Positions 1 to 7,851 of a stretch of 29,693 bases of DNA are shown in pieces (position 1 is the first letter of the stretch; each line of letters opens with the position of its first letter). The translations under genes and the position numbers were made by a program. The stretch spans positions 1-29,693 of the forward strand of contig JAZDPL010000081.1 in the NCBI GenBank assembly GCA_043797665.1. Direction: 5' to 3'. The stretch comes from Candidatus Omnitrophota bacterium (lineage in GTDB: Bacteria > Ratteibacteria > UBA8468 > MWAK01). The notes below the pieces were generated by a model. That model had not been told where the DNA came from. It saw only the letters and a program-made list of their open reading frames with translations, and did not search any database.

Positions 1-16
1 AAATACTGTATTCATC

Positions 17-83
17 TGTCATTCTGAACGACAGTGAAGAATCTCAAAATAGGGATTCTTCGCAAAAGCGGCTCAGAATGACA
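17..83. repeat. REP-like palindromic element, full copy 1
   Basis: Outer inverted repeat TGTCATTCTGA (17-27) / TCAGAATGACA (73-83) and inner inverted repeat GAAGAATC (36-43) / GATTCTTC (54-61). The same architecture recurs at 1370-1442. Confidence 0.85.
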
Positions 84-171
84 ACAAAAAGTATTTTTCT
101 CTCTTACCACTACTATTTTTTAGGAAAACTTAACTGTTACCTTTTTCAAAGATTTCTTTCCGGTCGGGCCC

Positions 172-199
172 TTGACAATTCCTGTAAATGTTATATAAT
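172..199 (+). promoter_or_regulatory. Sigma70-type promoter of regulator 1
   Basis: TTGACA at 172-177 and TATAAT at 194-199 (16-nt spacer), with a second TATAAT at 199-204. The ATG follows at 211. Confidence 0.7.
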
Positions 200-210
200 A
201 TAATGTAATA

Positions 211-1260
211 ATGAATACCCTATACCTGCAAATAAAAGATTATTTGAGTGATGAAATCGGGAAGAGAAACGCCGGGGAACTGTTGCCCGCCGAGTCCCAA
301 CTATGTGAGATGTTCAGGGTCAGCCGGGTCCCGGTGCGAAGAGCGATGGAGGATTTGGTAAAGGACGGGTTGATTTACAGAAAGAAGGGTAAAGGAACAT
401 TCGTCAGGAAAATCGCCGCCTCACAACAGCCGTTGAGTTTTACCGTTGTCCTCCCCATGGGCGATAGAGAAATCCCTTTCTATTCATCCATTTGCATGGG
501 AATCATCGCAAAAGCGACGGAATTAAGAGCTGATACTCATATTCTCCCTTTTACCTCAAACAGAAAGAGCGTACTTGATAAGGTGGAAAACTCTCCTGAA
601 ACCGGAATAATATGGGTAGCGCCGGTTGGTGACGACCATGAAGTTCTTGAGGAATTGAGGGAACAAGGGTATCACGTGATGATCCTTAACCGGGTGATGA
701 AAAACTCGCATTTCAACTATATCAGCACAGACCATAGAAAAGGGGCGAGAGATATAACACTTCATCTCCTTGATAAGGGACACAAGAAGATCGGATTTGT
801 CGGCCGGTGGGAACTGAACCCTTCATTTGTACAGCGCTACGCGGGTTTCCTGGAGGCTTTTCAGTTGCGGGGGATGGACCGGCCGGATGGAATGATGGAA
901 TGCGTGGATGGAGGTGAATTGCTCACCTCTTCCGGTCTCAAAACCCCCTTGACAAAGATGTTTTCCCGCTACTCCCCGACCGCTCTTTTTCTCTGCGGCG
1001 GGAACTTCATAGAACCGGTGCTTACGTGGATGAAAGAGGCGCATCTGCGGGTTGCAGAAAATCTGGAAATTGCCACATTTGATGAAGTGCCTCCTTCTCA
1101 TGACGAGAAAGCGCTTATCCATGAGGTGATTCAACCCTTGAGAGAGATGGGGGTCCTGGCAGTTGAAGAGATGAGGAAAATCCTATCGGGAAAAAAGAAT
1201 CTGGTGCGGATAACTCTTCCTCCATCCATAAGGATAAAATCGCAACCCGGGAGAGCGTGA
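211..1260 (+). CDS. GntR-family transcriptional regulator with LacI-type sugar-sensing domain (AraR-like architecture)
   Basis: N-terminal GntR winged HTH (LPAESQLCEMFRVSRVPVRRAMEDLVKDGLIYRKKGKGTFV). C-terminal LacI/periplasmic-binding fold (TDHRKGA..HLLDKGHKKIGFV, RYAGF, ATFDE, VIQPLREMG). Confidence 0.93.
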   Translation: MNTLYLQIKDYLSDEIGKRNAGELLPAESQLCEMFRVSRVPVRRAMEDLVKDGLIYRKKGKGTFVRKIAASQQPLSFTVVLPMGDREIPFYSSICMGIIAKATELRADTHILPFTSNRKSVLDKVENSPETGIIWVAPVGDDHEVLEELREQGYHVMILNRVMKNSHFNYISTDHRKGARDITLHLLDKGHKKIGFVGRWELNPSFVQRYAGFLEAFQLRGMDRPDGMMECVDGGELLTSSGLKTPLTKMFSRYSPTALFLCGGNFIEPVLTWMKEAHLRVAENLEIATFDEVPPSHDEKALIHEVIQPLREMGVLAVEEMRKILSGKKNLVRITLPPSIRIKSQPGRA

Positions 1261-1275
1261 TGTCGCTCCCCGGTT
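1244..1275 (+). other. GC-rich stem-loop overlapping the regulator 1 stop codon
   Basis: AACCCGGGAGAGCG (1244-1257) pairs imperfectly with CGCTCCCCGGTT (1264-1275). There is no clear U-tract. Confidence 0.4.
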
Positions 1276-1336
1276 CCGTTCATGAATCCGCAAGAATATC
1301 AGTTGGGAAAACTCCTCCAAAGGAAGAAAGGAAAAA

Positions 1337-2152
1337 ATGATTAAGAAAATGCTGAATAGAATAGGTATATGTCATTCTGAGTGCAACGAAGAATCTATCT
1401 TTAACTTCGGGATTCTTCGGGACATTGTCCCTCAGAATGACAGGAAGAGGAGCTTTACGTTGATTGAGCTTTTGGTCGTTATCGCCATCATCGCCATCCT
1501 GGCGGCGATGCTCCTGCCGGCGCTCAGCCAGGCACGGGAGAAAGCCAGAGCGGCTACTTGTCTAAATAACCTCAAGCAGTTGTATCTTTGTTTCGTTTTG
1601 TACACCCAGGACCATGATGACTGGTGCCCAACCGCATACGACGGAATGGGTGGTGGAACAGAGGGTGATTATTACAAGATTTGGTTTATCAGGATGCAGA
1701 GAGCAGGATATATACCCACTCGCCCGGGTTGGGTGAGCCGGCCGGCTGATTACCAAGCCAATAAGAAGTTAGCAGGCATTCTCAGTTGCCCTTCTCTGCC
1801 CGTTGTTCCACCGACGTATGGCAATTGGGGGACGGATTATGGGATGAACAATTATGCTTCATGGGCTGGTGGTGCAGCCCAATTCGCGGACTTCTTTAAA
1901 TTCCCCAATGTATCCCAACCCTCATCGGTATTCCTTTTGGCAGATGGAGGGGACCCTGGTCGGGATTATTTTCAAATTTTTAAAGTCGGGGATCCCGAGT
2001 ACCCGACCGATCCCTTTGGCCCCGACTATCGTCATGCTGGAGGCACAAATGCACTCTATTTTGACGGCCACGTCAGCTGGGTTAAGGTGCCTTTTCCAGC
2101 ACAACCAACATATAAACAAACGGGAAATCGTCTCCCATGGTATTACAGGTAG
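1337..2152 (+). CDS. Prepilin-type N-terminal cleavage/methylation protein with H-X9-DG motif (DUF1559-like), pilin 1
   Basis: [46 protein letters not shown] and [13 protein letters not shown] purine-rich SD (AAAGGA) precedes the ATG. Confidence 0.93.
   Translation: MIKKMLNRIGICHSECNEESIFNFGILRDIVPQNDRKRSFTLIELLVVIAIIAILAAMLLPALSQAREKARAATCLNNLKQLYLCFVLYTQDHDDWCPTAYDGMGGGTEGDYYKIWFIRMQRAGYIPTRPGWVSRPADYQANKKLAGILSCPSLPVVPPTYGNWGTDYGMNNYASWAGGAAQFADFFKFPNVSQPSSVFLLADGGDPGRDYFQIFKVGDPEYPTDPFGPDYRHAGGTNALYFDGHVSWVKVPFPAQPTYKQTGNRLPWYYR
1370..1442. repeat. REP-like palindromic element, full copy 2, inside the pilin 1 leader
   Basis: TGTCATTCTGAG (1370-1381) / CTCAGAATGACA (1431-1442), inner CGAAGAATC (1387-1395) / GATTCTTCG (1411-1419), and a small GGGAC-ATT-GTCCC hairpin. 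Confidence 0.85.
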
Positions 2153-2174
2153 TTATTTGATGAGGAGGGGGAAA

Positions 2175-5100
2175 GTGAAAAAGAGAAATCTGGAAAAGAT
2201 TTTGGTGATTTTAGGGATGATTATTGGACTGAGTAAAATAAACCTTTCGGCAGAAATAACGGGAGAGAAAAACTTGATTGTAAACGGTGGTTTTGAAACG
2301 GCAGGAGAATGGAAACCAGGGAAACTTCCTGAAACATGGGGTATGTGGAACTATAAAACCTTAAAGGAAGGGGAGATTATTCTGGACAGTCAGGTAAAAC
2401 ATACGGGTAATTATTCGGTCAAGTTCACCAATTCAGCCCATGGTTTAGAACAACACATTCGCGTAAAAGCAGGTGAAAGATACAATTTCAGTTTTTATGT
2501 CAAGACCACTTTAACCACCGGAGGAATGGGGTTTTCCGTCCAGTGGCTGGACACAGAAGGTAAATGGGTTACCCGAGAAGCGTTTGAGAGTGAAAAAGAC
2601 AAACCGTGGGTCGTAAATGGAAGAGTTGGAATCGGTCATAATAGCAACTGGTATAGTATCAGGGATTGGCAGAAAGCAGAATTATCAGATATCAAAGTGC
2701 CGGAAACAGCAGTTATTGCATATATACAGATTAGTCCAATCGTTCTCCCTGTCACGGGAGAGTTCTGGGTGGATGATGTCGTTATGGAACCGGTAACTGC
2801 TAAAGAGACAATGGGAGAGATTAAGTCCCTGGTAACGATTAGCAAAACTGATACTCCTCCAATCCTGGACGGCAAGTTAACGGAAGCAATTTGGGGGAAC
2901 AGTACTGAAATAACACATTTTACGGTTGCTACGGGTTTAAATACATTAGCCCGTAAACAGACTTTGGTAAAATTATGTTATGACAATAAAGCGCTCTACG
3001 TCGGGATTCAATGCGAAGAGCCGAAGCCGGATAAACTTACGATAAAAGCTAAAAAACATGATGATGCCCAGACTTATTTTGATGATTGCATTGAAATCTT
3101 TCTGGCTCCTGAGGGAGCAGGCAAGAAGCAGTTTCACCTCTTAGTCAATCCGGCCGGAGTTTGTCAGGATAGGACAGAACTCTGGAAGGAGACAACCGTT
3201 GAGGCTGATGATGCCTGGAACCTAAACGAGAGCGATATTGTTGCTTCAATTGGGGAAAAAACCTGGACGGTTGAAGCGAAAATCCCATTTGCTGATTTAG
3301 GAATAACCGCGCCGACAAATTCGGAAACATGGGGTTTTAACGTCTGCCGCAATTCTCAGTTGCCAGAATTAGAACAAAGCAGCTGGTCTCTTCTGAATAC
3401 GCTTGCATTTCAACGTCCGGAAGGTTTTGGTAGATTAGTTTTTGAGGAAAAGGCACCGGGCATCAGGTCCTATGGCATTTCGGAACAACAAGGCTCATTC
3501 TATGTCAGCAATTCATCCAACAAGCAGGTTTCTCTCAATTTCAGCATAGAAGAACAGGAGGGGACATTTCTCTGGCCTCTCGCCCAGGGAAATATTGTTC
3601 TGGGACCAAGTAAACAACAAATTGTTCCCTTAACGCTAACAAAACCGGCTGGTAGTTTGCTGTGGGCATCGGTATATTCAGCCGATAGTCAGAGAATTCT
3701 ATATCGGGAAGGGTATCTCCCGATGTCTTCCTATGCTGTAATTGGTTGGTATGACCCGGAAAAAGTTTTAGGAAATAAGATGTATGTCGCAAGCGATTTG
3801 CGTTCTTTCAAATGTTTTTCCATTACGCATAACTTTGAAGGCGGGGCAGGAAACCCGAAACTTATCCGCCGCGAACAGAAACCGGTAGATTTATATTTTG
3901 AACTGCCGGAAGAGATTCAGGCAATCTCTCAGGTGATGTTTGTCAACGACTGGCAGTGGTGGCAGCCAATCTCTCCGGCCGAGAAGATACCATTTAACCG
4001 GGGTAATAAGAAATATGTACGTTATAAATTTGAATTACCCGCCATAATGAACTACGATAATATTATGGCTGTCTTCTTTGAAACTTCTCTGCCGCCGGGA
4101 GAGAAAAGAGACGGCTCTTGTTATTTGAAATGGGAAGGCGGCCAACAATCTACCCGACCTCTGGAAATTGAAACACTGAATATAGGAAGAACTCCGCCGC
4201 TAAAGAAGTTTGTTCATGGCATCTATTACGCCCCACCAGAATTCTGGCTGACCTGGCTGCCTAACTTAGGTGAAATGTTCCCTAAATTAGGACTTAACCT
4301 GGTAGAAATTGACCCCGTTCCAGCGGGAAAATATGACAAGGGAAGTTCTGGCCTGCCTGGTTCTCGTGAAGAATGGTTTGATGAGTTAGTGAAAGAAGCC
4401 GATAAAGGAAAAATATTTATCTCAACTGATCTTAGTGCATCAACTCCCTACGCCTGGCGTTGGGTAAGTGACGAAACAGCCCGATCTTTAAACATTAAAG
4501 GGGAGCCGATAACGGATTCCCGCGGTTATGGTTATTCCCTTTGTCCGCTCTATCGGGGAAAATTCTTCCAGGAATATATCAATAACTTTACCAACGGCGT
4601 TCCTTTTCAAAAATATAAGATTAGCTGGTTATCACTCGACCTTGAATTATGGACCGACGAGGCGTGGGAAGAAGGCTGCTTTTGTGAACGTTGTCTCAAT
4701 GCATTCAAGCAATATACGGTTGAAAAATACCCGGGAGAGGATGTGGGAGACCCGCGTCAGTTTATGTTAAATCCTGAAACCCATCCAAAGCCGGTAAAAA
4801 TCTGGAAAGAATTTAGAGCAGGGACACGACTTACATTTATCTCTGACATACGTAAACCAATAGAAGAGATTGTTCTCAAACACGGCAGGCAGACCAGTCC
4901 TAAACCCGGTCTTACCCTCTCTGATTGGTACTGGCCCAATTCAGAACTTTTTAGTGTAGTAGATTATTTTGAATCCAATCTTTACTACCGCCCGACTGAA
5001 GTGGCCAGAAGACTGGGAATATACCTGGAGAGGGCAAAAGGAAAGAAGATAATTATCGGCACTCCCAGTCCAGGCCAAGCGTGGCTGCCGGATGCAAGAT

Positions 5101-5555
5101 TAACACCTCAGGAAATGCGTTACAATATTTTCGAATGCGCTGCCGCCGGGGTGCAGGGAATGCGCTGGTACTGGATTCTGTGTTTTGATGCCTTGAAGAT
5201 AAAAACAATGGTAGAGGGAATCCGTACAATTCAACCTTTTGAAGATATCGTTTTAGAAGGGGAATGTTTTGCAGATCTCCCCTGTGAAGGAAAAGAGACA
5301 AGTGCACGAGGAATAAAATTAGGTTCAGAGTCATTGGTAATTGTCCGTTCTTATGAAACAACTAAGAAAGTAGAGGCTAAAGTAACTTTGCCTTTCGTGA
5401 AAGAAGAATCAGTAGTTTTTGATTGTTATACCAAGGAAAAAGTCGGGAGAATAACGCCTCAAAATTCTCAGATTATCTTGCCCATTACTACTGAACGCGC
5501 CAGATTATTCTATATCGGTTCGGAAACAAATTTGGAAAGGCGATTCCAAAATTGA
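2175..5555 (+). CDS. Secreted multidomain glycan-active protein: signal peptide, CBM4/9-like domain, CBM9-like domain, C-terminal glycoside-hydrolase-like barrel
   Basis: Start moved from 1854 to GTG 2175 because SD GAGGAGG lies at 2162-2168 (ATG 2160 is an alternative). MKKRNLEKILVILGMIIGLSKINLSA looks like a signal peptide. NLIVNGGFE...FWVDDV fits a CBM4/9-type fold. PILDGKLTEAIW...YDNKALYVG...DDCIEIFL...WTVEAKIPF...WGFNVCR fits CBM9-like. The C-terminal part has LCP and GCFCERC. Confidence 0.8.
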   Translation: MKKRNLEKILVILGMIIGLSKINLSAEITGEKNLIVNGGFETAGEWKPGKLPETWGMWNYKTLKEGEIILDSQVKHTGNYSVKFTNSAHGLEQHIRVKAGERYNFSFYVKTTLTTGGMGFSVQWLDTEGKWVTREAFESEKDKPWVVNGRVGIGHNSNWYSIRDWQKAELSDIKVPETAVIAYIQISPIVLPVTGEFWVDDVVMEPVTAKETMGEIKSLVTISKTDTPPILDGKLTEAIWGNSTEITHFTVATGLNTLARKQTLVKLCYDNKALYVGIQCEEPKPDKLTIKAKKHDDAQTYFDDCIEIFLAPEGAGKKQFHLLVNPAGVCQDRTELWKETTVEADDAWNLNESDIVASIGEKTWTVEAKIPFADLGITAPTNSETWGFNVCRNSQLPELEQSSWSLLNTLAFQRPEGFGRLVFEEKAPGIRSYGISEQQGSFYVSNSSNKQVSLNFSIEEQEGTFLWPLAQGNIVLGPSKQQIVPLTLTKPAGSLLWASVYSADSQRILYREGYLPMSSYAVIGWYDPEKVLGNKMYVASDLRSFKCFSITHNFEGGAGNPKLIRREQKPVDLYFELPEEIQAISQVMFVNDWQWWQPISPAEKIPFNRGNKKYVRYKFELPAIMNYDNIMAVFFETSLPPGEKRDGSCYLKWEGGQQSTRPLEIETLNIGRTPPLKKFVHGIYYAPPEFWLTWLPNLGEMFPKLGLNLVEIDPVPAGKYDKGSSGLPGSREEWFDELVKEADKGKIFISTDLSASTPYAWRWVSDETARSLNIKGEPITDSRGYGYSLCPLYRGKFFQEYINNFTNGVPFQKYKISWLSLDLELWTDEAWEEGCFCERCLNAFKQYTVEKYPGEDVGDPRQFMLNPETHPKPVKIWKEFRAGTRLTFISDIRKPIEEIVLKHGRQTSPKPGLTLSDWYWPNSELFSVVDYFESNLYYRPTEVARRLGIYLERAKGKKIIIGTPSPGQAWLPDARLTPQEMRYNIFECAAAGVQGMRWYWILCFDALKIKTMVEGIRTIQPFEDIVLEGECFADLPCEGKETSARGIKLGSESLVIVRSYETTKKVEAKVTLPFVKEESVVFDCYTKEKVGRITPQNSQIILPITTERARLFYIGSETNLERRFQN

Positions 5556-5812
5556 TTAATTGAAACATCCCTGCCGGATGATTACCTTGAAGCAATCAGC
5601 CGGTCCGGCTATAACGCCCCATATGGCTCCACCTGGTTTTAAGGGAGAGCGTGCCTTCCAGGCTCTTTCCGGATAACGATACTAAAAAGAACCGGATATC
5701 CTGCCTAAACCGTTTGGTGAAAAAGGTGGACCGGTTTGATGAAAGATTAAAGTTGATGAAGTTACTTTGGGACGTTGATTTGCGAATTGAACCACATCCT
5801 TTACTGGATTAA
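5556..5812 (+). pseudogene. Frameshifted gene fragment homologous to the 20284-23223 protein, with a tail resembling a small nucleotidyltransferase
   Basis: Reads LIETSLPDDYLEAISRSGYNA, then 2 extra C at 5619-5620, then IWLHLVLRESVPSRLFPD...DRFDERLKLMKLLWDVDLRIEPHPLLD*. It aligns without gaps to PEEYLNRLAHEGINGLWLTLHFFQTVPSRIIPE (20836-20934). It has no start codon or SD. Confidence 0.7.
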
Positions 5813-5860
5813 GAATTGTGTAGTTTTGCTATTTTAAAACGAACAGGTTTAGTTAAATAT

Positions 5861-6547
5861 TTACAATTTCTGGTGCCAAAACAGGACTCCATCCGGTGTG
5901 TTGGCTAAGTTTTCCGCACACCAGTCTGCACCGACAGAAATAAGTTCCTTCCGGCTAAAACTGGTGGTTAGAGCCAGACACCGCGCCCCACTCCTTTTGG
6001 CCGCCACCACGCCATTAAGGGCATCTTCTACAACCAGACAATCCCGGGCGTCTAAACCCAGATTTCTGGCGGCGGCAAGAAATATTTCCGGGTCCGGTTT
6101 CTTACGGGTAACATTACTTCCGGTCACCATCGCCTCAAAAGAATCCGGAGGCAGGCCTATTTCTTTCAGCGTTCCCAAAACCTTCGTATCATCCGCGCTG
6201 GTAGCCAGCGCCATTTTCTTTCCGTTTTTTCGGCATTCCTCAATAAACCCGGGTACCCCGGGTAAAGGCTGCAGTTCCCCCTTGATAATCTCAAGATATA
6301 TTTCATAAGTGCGCCTTTTGTCCCGTTCCAGATTTAAGGGGAAACCGTATTTTGCGGCCACCCCACCTAAATATCGGTTTTCTCCGGCGCCTACAAAGGG
6401 GACAAAGTCTTCCGGTTTGACCATAAGGCTATGTTCGGCAAACATCATCGAGGCTGCCCGACAGATAAACGGTTCGGAATCAACCAGCACTCCATCCATA
6501 TCCAGAATTACTCCGAAAGGTAATCTCGCCGGTGTTATCTTCACCAT
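5861..6547 (-). CDS. HAD-superfamily hydrolase (beta-phosphoglucomutase/CbbY-like sugar phosphatase)
   Basis: Motif I DMDGVLVD, motif II ATS, motif III KPDPEIF, motif IV VVEDALNG. SD CAGGAGAGG lies upstream on the minus strand. Confidence 0.92.
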   Translation of the reverse strand: MVKITPARLPFGVILDMDGVLVDSEPFICRAASMMFAEHSLMVKPEDFVPFVGAGENRYLGGVAAKYGFPLNLERDKRRTYEIYLEIIKGELQPLPGVPGFIEECRKNGKKMALATSADDTKVLGTLKEIGLPPDSFEAMVTGSNVTRKKPDPEIFLAAARNLGLDARDCLVVEDALNGVVAAKRSGARCLALTTSFSRKELISVGADWCAENLANTPDGVLFWHQKL

Positions 6548-6579
6548 GGTCCTCTCCTGTCTACTGCCTGCTTATTTTC

Positions 6580-6588
6580 ATTATACCA
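6580..6588 (-). promoter_or_regulatory. Extended -10 promoter for the HAD gene
   Basis: The minus strand reads TGGTATAAT (TGnTATAAT) about 33 nt upstream of the HAD start, back-to-back with the regulator 2 promoter. Confidence 0.55.
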
Positions 6589-6598
6589 CAAGCCCCCC

Positions 6599-6627
6599 TT
6601 GACACTTTCTTATTCCTGAGGTATAAT
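6599..6627 (+). promoter_or_regulatory. Consensus sigma70 promoter of regulator 2
   Basis: Perfect TTGACA (6599-6604), N17 spacer, TATAAT (6622-6627). Confidence 0.85.
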
Positions 6628-6659
6628 AGTGTTATACAATGTAAGTCAATATATGGCGT

Positions 6660-7775
6660 ATGGCTAAAATTAACCCCAAAAGTGCAATACCCCTGCCCCT
6701 TCAGATTAAAGAAGACATCCGGACACGGATAATCTCCGGGCAGATGAAACCGGAAGACAAACTGCCTTCCGAAACCACCCTGGCGGATGAATACGGGGTC
6801 AGCCGGATGACCAGCCGGCAGGCTCTGATTGAATTGATTAACGAAAGTATTCTCTACCGTATCCCGGGTAAAGGCACCTTTGTTGCCGGCAGACGCGATG
6901 GGAGTAATATTGATACGGGATTAACCAACCGCTTGATTATGCTCATCACCCCTGATTTACAACAATCTTTTTATTACCAGATTATCCGAAGTACGGAAAG
7001 AACCCTCACCAAAAATGGCTACGAACTTATCCTGCGTTCGGCCAGGGAAGACCCGCTGGAAGAAAGAAAATGCCTCCAGAAAATCCTGGAGGGAGCTGTA
7101 AAGGGACTCATCCTGATTGCGGAAAAATATTCGGTTACCAACCTGGACATACTGCAAAAAGTCAGGCGGAGGATACCCATTGTGATGGTTGATGTGGCTG
7201 TTCCCGGTCTGGCGACCGACCTGGTCATCTCCGACGACCAGAAAGGCGGCTTCCTTATTACGGAACACCTGATTGAATCAGGTCACAAAAATATTCTCCA
7301 CCTATCTGGTCCGGAAGGTGACTCCAGCGCAGAAAAAAGGTTATCCGGCTATCAAACAGCCTTAAAGAAACATAACCTAAAGTATCAGACAGACCTGGTC
7401 CGTTTTACTGAATGGCACGTTGCAGAAGGTTACTCTGAAACAAAGAAGTTTTTCCTGAACGGTGCGAACAAAGAAAAGGTTACCGCTATCTTTGCCTGCA
7501 ATGACGAGGTAGCCTGCGGTGCCTTTAAAGCCCTTTCGGATTTGGGAATTAAGGTCCCAAGCAATGTTGCGCTGGCCGGCTACGGAAATCTGGATATTTG
7601 TCGTTTTCTGGAAATTCCTTTGACCACGGTTGACCAGTCAACCGCAGAGATGGGTCAGACCGCCAGCCAGATGATTCTGAATAAGATTTCCGGGCAGAGG
7701 GAATTCAAGGAAAGCAAGACGGTCGTAATCCCGACAAAATTAGTAATCCGCCAATCCTGCGGATTACAGAAATAA
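6660..7775 (+). CDS. GntR-family transcriptional regulator with LacI-type sensor domain (regulator 2)
   Basis: KLPSETTLADEYGVSRMTSRQAL..LYRIPGKGTFV HTH. LacI-like C-terminus (SDDQKGG..EHLIESGHKNI, TAIFACNDEVACG, LTTVDQ, PTKLVIRQS). Confidence 0.95.
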   Translation: MAKINPKSAIPLPLQIKEDIRTRIISGQMKPEDKLPSETTLADEYGVSRMTSRQALIELINESILYRIPGKGTFVAGRRDGSNIDTGLTNRLIMLITPDLQQSFYYQIIRSTERTLTKNGYELILRSAREDPLEERKCLQKILEGAVKGLILIAEKYSVTNLDILQKVRRRIPIVMVDVAVPGLATDLVISDDQKGGFLITEHLIESGHKNILHLSGPEGDSSAEKRLSGYQTALKKHNLKYQTDLVRFTEWHVAEGYSETKKFFLNGANKEKVTAIFACNDEVACGAFKALSDLGIKVPSNVALAGYGNLDICRFLEIPLTTVDQSTAEMGQTASQMILNKISGQREFKESKTVVIPTKLVIRQSCGLQK

Positions 7776-7851
7776 ACCCTTTAAAGCACGCTTTTTGCCA
7801 CCTCAAGGTCGGAAATCTATTCGGCAAAATGTGTGGACCAAACACAGCAAC

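Noticed and set aside
17..1442. Palindromic repeats as CRISPR repeats, attC sites or tRNA
   Set aside because: The copies are dispersed with no regular spacers, no cas or integrase genes are present, and they lack attC core ends and a cloverleaf.
1854..2174. N-terminal extension of the 1233-aa ORF
   Set aside because: It overlaps pilin 1 by about 300 nt. The SD and signal peptide point to a start at 2175 (or 2160).
5553..5643. Possible TGA readthrough or selenocysteine, since the frame stays open after the stop
   Set aside because: The continuation is explained by an unrelated pseudogene fragment and ends at TAA within 30 codons. No SECIS-like hairpin is evident.
6532..6732. 66-aa ORF across the divergent promoter region
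   Set aside because: It overlaps both flanking genes and the promoter elements, and has no SD or recognisable motif.
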